DNA of 64,000 nucleotides from positions 15,353 through 79,352 of the forward strand of contig JBBIPA010000004.1 of NCBI GenBank assembly GCA_037443085.1. The letters run 5' to 3'. The notes beneath the pieces are model-generated. The model saw only the letters and a list, made by a program, of their open reading frames with translations. It was not told the origin of the DNA and ran no database searches. The translations under genes and the position numbers were made by a program. Shown here piece by piece: positions 9,939 to 18,727 of this stretch (the stretch's first letter is position 1; each line of letters opens with the position of its first letter). This DNA is from Chloroflexota bacterium. GTDB taxonomy: Bacteria > Chloroflexota > Dehalococcoidia > GIF9 > UBA5629.

Positions 9939-10421
9939 TTACGGCAAATACGTTATCTGCGCCGACGGCTTCTTGAGCAGTTCGAACTTTACGCCGGCTT
10001 CTTTGAACAGGTCAGTAAAAGAGTTGTCGGCATAGCGACTGAAGGTGACGAACCGCTTGATCCTGGCATTGACCAGCATTTTGGCGCAGAGGATGCAGGG
10101 GGAATGAGTGGCATAGATAGTGGCGCCTTCCAGGCTGATGCCATGCAGCGCCGCCTGGATGATGACGTTTTGCTCAGCATGAATAGAACGACAGATTTCA
10201 TGCCGAGTCCCCGACTCGATATTCATCTCATCCCTGAGGCAGCCCAGCTCCAGGCAGTCTTTCAGCCCGGCAGCAGCGCCGTTGTAACCGGTGGATAGTA
10301 TATGCTTGTCCCGCACCGCCACCGCCCCCACATGATGCCTGAGGCAGGTGGAGCGCTCCGCCACCACCGAGGCTACCTTGAGGAAATATTCATCCAGGGT
10401 CGGCCTTGATGCTTTTTTCAT
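9939..10421 (-). CDS. CMP/dCMP deaminase, zinc-binding (ComEB/dCMP deaminase family)
   Basis: 160 aa; HAEQNVI...PCILCAKML zinc-binding motifs (H-A-E, PCxxC). Confidence 0.8.
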   Translation of the reverse strand: MKKASRPTLDEYFLKVASVVAERSTCLRHHVGAVAVRDKHILSTGYNGAAAGLKDCLELGCLRDEMNIESGTRHEICRSIHAEQNVIIQAALHGISLEGATIYATHSPCILCAKMLVNARIKRFVTFSRYADNSFTDLFKEAGVKFELLKKPSAQITYLP

Positions 10422-10960
10422 TTCAGTGCCGCCAGCACCCGTCTGGTTTCTTTTTCTAACTGCTCCATCGAGGACTCGTTTATTATGGTGAAATCAGCCA
10501 TGGCGATGGGACCGCCCTTATTGCTGTTCTCAATTTCAGCCTTATCCCGGCTGGCCGCCTGCCCCACGGTCAGCGGGCGCACCGCCCTGCCGCCCAGCCG
10601 CTTATACCGGGTCGATGGCGACGACCATACTGCAACCATGCTTAAGGTATCGCCATAACGCTCTTTAAGCAGCGTATACTCTTCCCAGGAGTACAGTCCA
10701 TCAACTACCACATTGGATGATTTTAGCTGGGCATCGATACGAGGCAGGTTCAGCATGGCATACGCCGCCATGCCATGCTCTTTGCGCAACTGCTCCCTGA
10801 CCTGGCGCTCATTCTCCTCGTTCAGCTCCAGCCCCCGCTTCCTCACCTCCTCGTCGGTGACATCACCAAACCGCACCCGCTTATAACCGGCTCGCTCAAA
10901 TACCCTGGCCACTGCCGACTTGCCGGCGCCGGCCATGCCCACAATGGATACTACTCTCAT
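10418..10960 (-). CDS. P-loop NTPase, putative (deoxy)nucleotide kinase; overlaps the downstream deaminase gene by 4 nt
   Basis: 180 aa; Walker A GMAGAGKS near the N-terminus, small kinase-like size. ATGA overlap with the deaminase implies translational coupling. Confidence 0.45.
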   Translation of the reverse strand: MRVVSIVGMAGAGKSAVARVFERAGYKRVRFGDVTDEEVRKRGLELNEENERQVREQLRKEHGMAAYAMLNLPRIDAQLKSSNVVVDGLYSWEEYTLLKERYGDTLSMVAVWSSPSTRYKRLGGRAVRPLTVGQAASRDKAEIENSNKGGPIAMADFTIINESSMEQLEKETRRVLAALK

Positions 10961-11151
10961 CGCTCGTCTCTGAAATTAACAGGAATTATAGGGGAAATAA
11001 TGGTGCAGGTAAAGGGTACTGGCTGTGCTTTCACCAAATGCACCACAAATAGAGTAAGTCCACCAAAGCACCGCCAGATTTTAGCCCGAAACTTAAAAGT
11101 AGCGTATAATAGCATGCAGTATAGCAAAATACCGTCTGGATACTGCCTCAA

Positions 11152-12417
11152 GTGGAAACGACTCACTCGAATAGAATTGCTATCATCGGCAATGGCTGTG
11201 CTGCTGCGGAATGTATAACAGCCCTTCGGGAAAGCGGTTACAGTGGAGAAATCCATATATTCACCGATAGCAAGTGGCCCGTGTACAATCCCATGCTGAC
11301 CACGTACTATATCGCCGACAAAATAAGCTTTGACCGTCTCTTTCCTTACGGCAAAGGCGATGAGTTTTACCAGGAATACAAAGTAGACGTCCACCCTGCC
11401 TCACCGGTGGTGGCGCTGGAAGCGGGAAAAAGGGTGGTAGCTAATCAGGCTGGCTTGGAACTCAAATATGAGCAGTGTCTCATCGCCTCGGGAGCTTCCC
11501 CGTTCTTACCGCCATTGGAAACCAGGGACTGTAACAGTATTTATCTCATCAGGACGGTGGAAGATGCTATCAGGCTCAAACAGGCCCTGGATAAGAAACC
11601 CCACAAAGCGCTGGTAATCGGCGCTTCCATGATCGGCATAAAACTGGTGGAGCTATTCCATCATGCTGGAATGAAAGTATGCCTTGCCGATATAGCCGAC
11701 CGTATCTTTCCGCTGATGGCGCACCCGGAAAGCTCCCGCATCATACAGCACCGCTTGAGCCAAGCAGGTGTAAAATTTAGATTTGGCGTAGAATTAAAAC
11801 GAGTCGAGAATCGCCCTAAAGGCATAAGGGCTTATTTTGGCGATAGCAGCAGACATGAAGACGCTGACCTGCTGGTTATCTGCATTGGCGTTCGGCCGAA
11901 TACCGGTTTTATTGACCGGAAGCAGGTCGAGGTTAAACAGGGAGTACTGGTTGACGAACAGATGAGAACCAATGTGCCGGGCCTTTATGCTGCCGGAGAC
12001 GTGTCTCAGGGCAACAATCTGCTCACCGGAGCTCCACAAATCATAGGTTTATGGTCCAATGCCCGCTACCAGGGAAGAACCGCAGGAAGAAACATGGCTG
12101 GTATGCGGGAGACATTCCCGGGAAATATCCCCCACAACGTAGCCCATTTTATGGGAATGGACTTCGTGGGGATTGGAGATATCTGCGAATATGATAGAAT
12201 GGAGCAGAAATCTGATGGACAGCGGTTCATGCAGCTATTCTGGAGAAAAGGTCTGCTTACCGGAGCCAACTTTGTGGATACCTGCACCGAAGCCGGCGTT
12301 ATCAAACAGGCGCTGGTCAAAGGACTGATGCAAAACAAAACTTTTTATGGTAATTCATTACCAGCAGCTCAAAATCTGCTTATCAGAAAAATTTTAACGG
12401 AGGTAGAGCAAGCCTGA
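11152..12417 (+). CDS. FAD-dependent pyridine nucleotide-disulfide oxidoreductase family protein (two Rossmann dinucleotide sites)
   Basis: 421 aa; GTG start; IAIIGNGCAA (FAD GxGxxG/A) and ALVIGASMIGIKL (NAD(P) site), late GD motif AAGDV. Confidence 0.7.
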   Translation: METTHSNRIAIIGNGCAAAECITALRESGYSGEIHIFTDSKWPVYNPMLTTYYIADKISFDRLFPYGKGDEFYQEYKVDVHPASPVVALEAGKRVVANQAGLELKYEQCLIASGASPFLPPLETRDCNSIYLIRTVEDAIRLKQALDKKPHKALVIGASMIGIKLVELFHHAGMKVCLADIADRIFPLMAHPESSRIIQHRLSQAGVKFRFGVELKRVENRPKGIRAYFGDSSRHEDADLLVICIGVRPNTGFIDRKQVEVKQGVLVDEQMRTNVPGLYAAGDVSQGNNLLTGAPQIIGLWSNARYQGRTAGRNMAGMRETFPGNIPHNVAHFMGMDFVGIGDICEYDRMEQKSDGQRFMQLFWRKGLLTGANFVDTCTEAGVIKQALVKGLMQNKTFYGNSLPAAQNLLIRKILTEVEQA

Positions 12418-14561
12418 TGGATACTCAGAAGTTGATAAAAGGTAAAATCCCTTCCCCGGAAACAGGAATTGAGATTCGCAAATCTATCTGCGCCATTTGC
12501 GATCCATCGGTAATGTGCGGAGTTGATTTATATGTGAAGGATGACAGAATCATCAAGGTTGAGGGCAGCGAGAAACATCCATCCAATGCGGGCACTCTGT
12601 GTGCTAAGGGAGCCGCTTTACGACAGTACGTTTACCATGAAAACCGCATCAAAACACCTTTGAAAAGAGTGGGCTCGCGGGGTTCCGGTAAGTTCCAGCC
12701 AATTTCCTGGGATGAGGCGCTGAATACCATTGTCACCAAGTTTAATGCTATCAAAAAAGAAAATGGCCCTGAGTCGGTCGTCTTTTTTGCGGGTTATACC
12801 AAATACTTCCGACCCTATCTTAAACGCCTGGCTCATTCCTTTGGCTCGCCCAACTATCTGACAGAATCCAGCACCTGCTATCAAGCCATGGTTATGGCTC
12901 AGAAACTGGTCTTTGGTGTTCCCGGTGGACCTGACCTGATGAACACCAGATGCCTGCTTATCTGGAGCACCAATTCTTTCTATACCAATCATAGTAATGC
13001 CAGGGCTATCTTAAAAGCCAGGGAAAGGGGAATGAAGCTAATCGCGGTAGACCCCCGCAAAACGCCAACGACGGCCATTGCTGATATGCACCTGCAATTG
13101 AGGCCAGGCACCGATGGGGCACTGGCTTTAGCTATGGCACATGTCATCATCAACGAGCAGCTCTATGATAAGGACTTCATAGCCCGTTACACCTACGGGT
13201 TTGATGAATACCGGGAACATGTGCAGCCGTTCACACCCGAGAAAGGCGAAGAGTTAACGGGCGTTCCGGCCGACCAGATCAGAGCTGCGGCACGCATGTA
13301 TGCTGCCGCCAAACCGGCAGCCATCATGCCCGGCGCTTCGTCAGTGGTACACCATACCAACGGCGTACAGAACTACCGTGCCGTTTTCTCCCTGGTCGGT
13401 CTGACGGGCAACTACGATATTAGCGGCGGCAACATGGTGGTGCCCACAAGCTTCATCCACACCCCGGGACGAATCCCTACCAGGGAACACGAGTTTACCC
13501 AGAGCAAACCCTGGGGCGATATGGCCACCAGGATCGGTGCCGACAGATTTCCGGTGTGGGTGGAGATAAACGACGAGGAGGGTCAGTCCATGCACCTGCC
13601 CGCCCAGATCCGCTCCGGGAAGCCGTATCCAGTAAGAGGACTCATCGGTTTTGGTCTCAATTACCGCATGTGGCCGGACTCTAACGGATTCCTGAATAGC
13701 CTGGAAAAACTGGACCTCTTCGTTAATGTGGACCTGTTCCTGACCGACACCTGCAAATACGCCGACATCGTGCTGCCCGCCTGCTCCTCGGTAGAGCGCA
13801 GCGAGCTGCGCTGTTATGGCATGGGATATATCATTTTCACTCAGCCTGCCATTGCGCCCCTGTACGAGTCCCGCTCTGACGTTGATATTATCTACGAACT
13901 GGCGGTCAGGCTGGGACTGGATGACCCCCTGTTTAAGGCTGGTTATGAAGCCAGTATCGACTTCGTCCTCGAGCCCAGCGGGATTACTATATCGGAGCTA
14001 AAGAAGCATCCGGGGGGAATGTTTGCCCCCAACCCCATAAAGCCGCAAGAGAAAAAATACAGCAGTGCCGGTTTTAAAACTCCGTCAGGTAAGCTGGAGT
14101 TCAAATCCAAAGTGCTGGAGAAATATAACGGTAAGCTGGGTTTCGAATCCCTGCCCACTTACCACCCCCCCAGGCACAGCAGGGAAGCGTCCCCTGACCT
14201 CGCCCGGGAATACCCGTTTATCCTAAATGCGGGCTCACGATTGCCCATGTTTGTCCATACGCGCACATTCCGCCTGACCTGGACCAGCAGCCTGCGCCCC
14301 AATCACCCCTCAGTGGACATCAATCCAAGCGATGCTGCCAGATTGGGCATCAAGCGGGATGACCCGGTGCGCCTGGTCACACCCAGAGGCGCTATCACTA
14401 TGAGAGCCAATCCCACCGAGATGGTGCAGCCCGGAGTGGTCCATGCTTTCCATGGCCACCCGGAAGCCAATGTCAACCAGCTCTTCGATGGAGATTACCT
14501 GGACCCTCTTTCCGGTTTTCCCGGATTTAAATCAGCCCTGTGCAAAATCGAAAAGGCTTAA
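12417..14561 (+). CDS. Molybdopterin (Mo/W-bisPGD) oxidoreductase catalytic subunit, cytoplasmic, FdhF/NasA-like with Cys ligand
   Basis: 714 aa; N-terminal CxxCxxxC...C [4Fe-4S] motif (CAICDPSVMCG...TLCAKG), no twin-arginine signal. The residue aligning with the FdhF Sec/Cys position is Cys (TESSTCYQAM). Confidence 0.75.
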   Translation: MDTQKLIKGKIPSPETGIEIRKSICAICDPSVMCGVDLYVKDDRIIKVEGSEKHPSNAGTLCAKGAALRQYVYHENRIKTPLKRVGSRGSGKFQPISWDEALNTIVTKFNAIKKENGPESVVFFAGYTKYFRPYLKRLAHSFGSPNYLTESSTCYQAMVMAQKLVFGVPGGPDLMNTRCLLIWSTNSFYTNHSNARAILKARERGMKLIAVDPRKTPTTAIADMHLQLRPGTDGALALAMAHVIINEQLYDKDFIARYTYGFDEYREHVQPFTPEKGEELTGVPADQIRAAARMYAAAKPAAIMPGASSVVHHTNGVQNYRAVFSLVGLTGNYDISGGNMVVPTSFIHTPGRIPTREHEFTQSKPWGDMATRIGADRFPVWVEINDEEGQSMHLPAQIRSGKPYPVRGLIGFGLNYRMWPDSNGFLNSLEKLDLFVNVDLFLTDTCKYADIVLPACSSVERSELRCYGMGYIIFTQPAIAPLYESRSDVDIIYELAVRLGLDDPLFKAGYEASIDFVLEPSGITISELKKHPGGMFAPNPIKPQEKKYSSAGFKTPSGKLEFKSKVLEKYNGKLGFESLPTYHPPRHSREASPDLAREYPFILNAGSRLPMFVHTRTFRLTWTSSLRPNHPSVDINPSDAARLGIKRDDPVRLVTPRGAITMRANPTEMVQPGVVHAFHGHPEANVNQLFDGDYLDPLSGFPGFKSALCKIEKA

Positions 14562-14580
14562 GCTAAGGAGGAACTCAGTG

Positions 14581-15102
14581 ATGGAAAAAACATTATACCT
14601 GGATATCGACCGCTGCGTAGGCTGCGGGGCCTGCGCCGTGGCCTGCATGGACCAGAACGATATCTATCCAGAAAAAGGGCAGCTTGCCTTGAGAAATATT
14701 TACCAGGTGGAAGACGGCAAGTATCCCCATGCCAGCATTCACTATGTCGCCATAGCCTGCCTGCATTGCGAAGACAGTCCCTGCATCATCGCCTGTCCCA
14801 CCGGCGCCATAACCAAAGACGAAAAAACGCAGGCGGTCATCGTCAACAGGGAGCTTTGTATCGGCTGCCACAGTTGTGCCCTGGCTTGCCCCTTCGGAGT
14901 GCCCCGCTACGACGCTGAAGATAAAATGCAGAAATGCCATCTATGCACTGAGAGAGTGGAGTCCGGACTCCCGCCCGCCTGCGTGAAAGTATGCCCGTTC
15001 CAGGCACTCCTCTTTGAGCCGATCAATAAAATTCAAGAGGAAAAGCAATTCAAGTATGTGGCCAGCACTGTGAGCATTGTCCACCCGTACAAGCCCAGTT
15101 GA
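14581..15102 (+). CDS. 4Fe-4S ferredoxin-type electron-transfer subunit (DmsB/FdhB-like)
   Basis: Multiple CxxCxxCxxxCP motifs. The start was placed at ATG 14581 after AGGAGG; the ORF-track start at 14443 overlaps the upstream gene. Confidence 0.75.
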   Translation: MEKTLYLDIDRCVGCGACAVACMDQNDIYPEKGQLALRNIYQVEDGKYPHASIHYVAIACLHCEDSPCIIACPTGAITKDEKTQAVIVNRELCIGCHSCALACPFGVPRYDAEDKMQKCHLCTERVESGLPPACVKVCPFQALLFEPINKIQEEKQFKYVASTVSIVHPYKPS

Positions 15103-15141
15103 TTGTACCGCACAATCACCACGAACCTGCGGAGGCAATCC

Positions 15142-15795
15142 ATGAATTTAACCGTTATCGAAGCCCATACCATCGGAGACGCCTGGTTCCAGTGCCTGCA
15201 CAAAGCTTTATTTGAAGGCAGGACCTATCTGATACAGCAGGGCAGCTTCGAGGGCAAACACCGCCAGGAGATACCTCTGGTCGCCATCACCATCCGCAAC
15301 CCCGGCATCCGACCGCTACGTCCCGATGTGCCGCCGGGCGTGCCCGCGCCGACCACCGACGAGGTGATTGAAGAGTACATGTCCTATTTGATGACCGCCG
15401 ATAAGCAGCCGAACGAAGAGTACACCTACGGAGAGGACCTGGCATCACAAATCGACGAGGTCATTCAGCGTTATAAGCAGGGTGGATATGACACCAACCA
15501 GATGTGCATGACCATCGGCAGCCGTAACAGCATTTATCTGAAAGACCCGCCCTGCCTGCGGATTGTCGACACCCGAATTCAGGAGGGCGCCCTGCACTTT
15601 ATCATGTACTTCCGCAGCTGGGACTTATGGGGCGGCTTGCCCACCAACCTGGGCGGCCTGCAGCTATTGAAGGAGCATATGGCCAAGGAGATCGGCGTGC
15701 AGGACGGCACCATGTCCGCCTTCAGCAAAGGACTGCACCTCTATGAACATTGCTGGGATTTGGCCAGGATGGTGCTTCGCTTGCCTCTGGAATAA
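15142..15795 (+). CDS. Thymidylate synthase (ThyA)-fold protein, divergent archaeal-like type
   Basis: PPCLRIVD...HFIMYFRSWDLWGGLPTNLGGLQLL parallels the ThyA LPPCH...SCQLYQRSxDxFLGxPFNIASYALL core. ATG 15142 is preceded by GGAGG. Confidence 0.5.
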   Translation: MNLTVIEAHTIGDAWFQCLHKALFEGRTYLIQQGSFEGKHRQEIPLVAITIRNPGIRPLRPDVPPGVPAPTTDEVIEEYMSYLMTADKQPNEEYTYGEDLASQIDEVIQRYKQGGYDTNQMCMTIGSRNSIYLKDPPCLRIVDTRIQEGALHFIMYFRSWDLWGGLPTNLGGLQLLKEHMAKEIGVQDGTMSAFSKGLHLYEHCWDLARMVLRLPLE

Positions 15796-16024
15796 GCAAA
15801 CGGGCGCAGAGACTTATTTCGTAGCCTGCACTGCCGGCACCTTTAAGAATAGCACCAATAGTAAACGTCCTATTGACAAAGCCAATCAGCAGGATTATAG
15901 TGTGTGGTATAAGGCTTCAACAACTCCCTTCACTTGTTTACATTCCATACGAGGAGAGGCCTGCTGAATAGGGGAGGGGTTAACCATTAAAAAAGCGCTT
16001 TTAACACTTCTGGCAGTTCTCCTT

Positions 16025-17275
16025 ATGACCACGGGATGTCTTCCTTTTATGCAAGCACCAGTTAAGGCGCCCACCGCCTATATCGACGCCATAATACCGG
16101 CAACGGCCTCGGCAGGGCAGGCGGTGAAGTTTCAGGGCCACGGCACCGACCCTGATGGCACCGTGGTCGGTTTCAAGTGGCGCTCCAGTATCAACGGTGA
16201 TTTGAGCGCACAGGCCAGCTTCGAAACATCCTCGTTGGCACCGGGAAATCATACTATTACCCTAGCAGTGCAGGATAATAACGGCAACTGGTCAAAGGAA
16301 GCCAGCAGCAGCATCACCATCACCGGTACTGCCCCACCACCAGCCGCCTCACAGCCAGTGGTCACCGCCTTCATCGCCAGCCCGGCAAATATAAGTCCCG
16401 GCGGTTCGGCCACACTCAAATGGGACGTTGCCAATGCCAGCACCGTTTCCATTGACCAGGGAGTGGGCAATGTCAGCCTCACCGGGACCAGAACGGTATA
16501 TCCCGGCGCCACTACAGTGTTCACTCTCACCGCTACCGGCGCCGGTGGCACCACCACAGCCAACGTTGAAGTGCTGGTAGGGTCAACGCCGACTATGCCC
16601 ATACCCATACCGATACCCATACCCGTACCTGGCACTGATAAACCCGACCTAATTGTTACCGATATCAGCCGCTCGGGGAGCACTATAACCTACACTATTA
16701 AGAATCAGGGCACCGCCACCGCGGGGCCTTCGACTTCAATACTGACGGTTGATGGCGTGCTCAAGGCTAACGACCCCGTTGGTCCCCTTGCCGCTGGCGC
16801 CAGCAGCAACAAGAGCTTTGCTTATTCCTATAGCTGCTCCGGTACCTCTGACGCCTTAGCGGTACAGGTGGATAAAGATAACGTGGTGGATGAGAGCAAC
16901 GAGGGCAACAATGCCTATTCCGAATCATGGAGCTGCCTGATAATACTGCCACCTCTGTTGCCGTTGTTGAAAGCTGACCTGGTAGTCACTAACATCTGGC
17001 GAGTGGGCAATAAAATCAACTACACCATTAAAAATCAGGGGGCTATAGATGCTCCCGCCTCCAAATGCGAGTTATTTGTTGACGGGGTCTCCAAGGGATA
17101 CGACAACGTTGCCACCATACCTGCTGGCGCCTCCGTCAATGGCGTCTATGCTGCTTATGCCTATACTTGCTCCCCTGTCTCGGATTCAATAAAAATAGTA
17201 GCTGACGCGCTTGGTGCAGTGAACGAAAGTGATGAGGGCAACAATTCCAAAAGCATAGTAGTGCTTTGCCCGTGA
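16025..17275 (+). CDS. Cell-surface lipoprotein with two CARDB-like repeats and a (Pro-Ile)n linker
   Basis: The upstream in-frame sequence IKKALLTLLAVLLMTTGC is a lipoprotein-type signal. Two ~100 aa repeats match (KPDLIVTDI...NEGNN, KADLVVTNI...DEGNN). PIPIPIPIPVPG is encoded by a (CCCATA)n hexamer run. Confidence 0.6.
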   Translation: MTTGCLPFMQAPVKAPTAYIDAIIPATASAGQAVKFQGHGTDPDGTVVGFKWRSSINGDLSAQASFETSSLAPGNHTITLAVQDNNGNWSKEASSSITITGTAPPPAASQPVVTAFIASPANISPGGSATLKWDVANASTVSIDQGVGNVSLTGTRTVYPGATTVFTLTATGAGGTTTANVEVLVGSTPTMPIPIPIPIPVPGTDKPDLIVTDISRSGSTITYTIKNQGTATAGPSTSILTVDGVLKANDPVGPLAAGASSNKSFAYSYSCSGTSDALAVQVDKDNVVDESNEGNNAYSESWSCLIILPPLLPLLKADLVVTNIWRVGNKINYTIKNQGAIDAPASKCELFVDGVSKGYDNVATIPAGASVNGVYAAYAYTCSPVSDSIKIVADALGAVNESDEGNNSKSIVVLCP

Positions 17276-17303
17276 TGTCAGCACGTGAAATATCAGCAAG
17301 TAT

Positions 17304-17339
17304 AGAGAGGGCGAGAACCAGTTGGTTCTCGCCCTCTCT
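17304..17339. terminator. Bidirectional intrinsic-terminator-like hairpin between convergent genes
   Basis: AGAGAGGGCGAGAACC-AGTT-GGTTCTCGCCCTCTCT, a perfect 16-bp stem. Confidence 0.6.
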
Positions 17340-17345
17340 TCATAA

Positions 17346-17606
17346 CTACCTGCCGTACTTGAGCTTGGCAAAGAGCATAGCCCCACCCAGAAACAGGGTG
17401 ATGGCATTCCATAGTATCACCGGCGGCAACTGCAGCAGAACGCCATAGGACAGCCATAGCATCGCCCCTATCAGGAACAATAAAGTGAAGGGCAGGCTGA
17501 TTTCCCTGGCGCTCTTGAGCTTATACAGTCGCCACACCTGGGGCATGAACCCCACCGTCATCAACAGTCCCGCAATAAAACCCAGGGCCTCTTCCAGAGC
17601 CCACAT
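17346..17606 (-). CDS. SemiSWEET / PQ-loop (MtN3-saliva) family small membrane transporter
   Basis: 86 aa, three predicted TM helices, PQ motif (GFMPQVWRLYK). Confidence 0.6.
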   Translation of the reverse strand: MWALEEALGFIAGLLMTVGFMPQVWRLYKLKSAREISLPFTLLFLIGAMLWLSYGVLLQLPPVILWNAITLFLGGAMLFAKLKYGR

Positions 17607-17787
17607 TACACTGCATCCTTAATTATCATGTTTGTTAGCCTTTCTATCACGAACAACTGGCCTCACTTCAGCACTATATCATAACACTATTGGGAGACGA
17701 ATTAAACAGCATTATCTTGCCGTCATGTTAACGCAAATGTACAATAAACATTAAGGCAAGCCCGAGTCTTACTCAAGGAGATATGCA

Positions 17788-18450
17788 ATGACAATGCCAA
17801 AAGCCAAGCCCAGGGCACTGGGCAAAGTGGTAGACGAAAAAACGCTACGGGCTGACCTGGAGCGCTACCGCAGTATGGCGCTGGAGCTGGGAGCTTCAGG
17901 GGCAGCCATCATCCCCGCCAGCGATGTCAGCGTGGATGAACGGGTACGGCTGAAATGTCTGGTACCGCGCTGCCTCCGCGCTGGCGAAACCCCCAACTGC
18001 CCCCCCCATGCCCCCGCCCTGGAATTGGTGCGCGGCGCCCTCAGCCGCTACCGCTGGGCAGTCCTCATCAAATGCGAGGTGAAGCCCATGGCTGACTATG
18101 CCCCCAAAAAGGGTGGGGCCAAAGAGGAGCAGCGAAAGACCCTGCTGTTCCATCAGCAAGGTGCCGACGTGGTTTATGAACTGGAACGCCAGGCCTACCA
18201 GGATGGCTACCACCTGGCCTTGGGGCTGGGCGGCGGCTCCTGTAAGGACTATCTATGCCAGGGAGTGGTCTGCCAGTTTCTGGACAGCGGCCGCTGCCGC
18301 TTCCCCCAGCGCTCCCGCCCCGCCATGGAAGCTCTGGGCATCGACGTTACCAGCCTGCTCAATAAGGTGGGATGGGAGCTGTATGCCCTGGTCGGTGACC
18401 TGGACCAGATACCCTGCGCCATCACCGCAGGAATCGTTTTCATCGATTAA
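17788..18450 (+). CDS. Cys-rich predicted metal-binding protein (DUF2284-like)
   Basis: 220 aa with several conserved Cys pairs (CLVPRC, CKDYLCQGVVC, CRF); AAGGAG RBS. Confidence 0.4.
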   Translation: MTMPKAKPRALGKVVDEKTLRADLERYRSMALELGASGAAIIPASDVSVDERVRLKCLVPRCLRAGETPNCPPHAPALELVRGALSRYRWAVLIKCEVKPMADYAPKKGGAKEEQRKTLLFHQQGADVVYELERQAYQDGYHLALGLGGGSCKDYLCQGVVCQFLDSGRCRFPQRSRPAMEALGIDVTSLLNKVGWELYALVGDLDQIPCAITAGIVFID

Positions 18451-18460
18451 GGAGGTGCCT

Positions 18461-18631
18461 ATGCCCAAAGATATTGCCGAGCTGGTTGCAGAATATCTGC
18501 CGGAAGACCCCACCCGCTGGGGCAAGCTCTCCAGCGAGATACAGTGGCGGCGACTGCAACTGATGCTGCTCAAAGAAATCCTCACCGAATTGCGAAAATT
18601 AAATCAGGCGGCGGCAGCAAAAATGATATAA
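18461..18631 (+). CDS. Small hypothetical protein (56 aa)
   Basis: ATG preceded by GGAGGTG. The longer ORF-track frame (18098..18631) overlaps the preceding gene out of frame, so only this part is plausible. Confidence 0.25.
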   Translation: MPKDIAELVAEYLPEDPTRWGKLSSEIQWRRLQLMLLKEILTELRKLNQAAAAKMI

Positions 18632-18727
18632 TTATCTACACCAAATGATGCCTGTGGTAATCAAATCCGCGAAAGCGCTGTTAGCATCAGCGAACCATAG
18701 CTGCCCAAAGGAGGTTATACCATCGTT

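Noticed and set aside
12417-14561. Selenocysteine in the molybdopterin oxidoreductase
   Set aside because: No in-frame TGA; the residue aligning with the FdhF Sec is encoded by a Cys codon.
14443-14580. Longer N-terminal extension of the ferredoxin subunit ORF
   Set aside because: It overlaps the end of the Mo/W oxidoreductase gene; ATG 14581 has a perfect AGGAGG RBS and begins the conserved ferredoxin sequence.
16249-16683. 144-aa minus-strand ORF inside the CARDB lipoprotein gene
   Set aside because: Antisense low-complexity translation (GMGIGMGMGIVG from the CCCATA repeat); no support.
18098-18460. 177-aa ORF overlapping the DUF2284-like gene in another frame
   Set aside because: Pro/Ala/Trp-rich translation typical of an out-of-frame read of GC-rich coding DNA; only the non-overlapping C-terminal 56 codons with their own RBS were kept, at low confidence.
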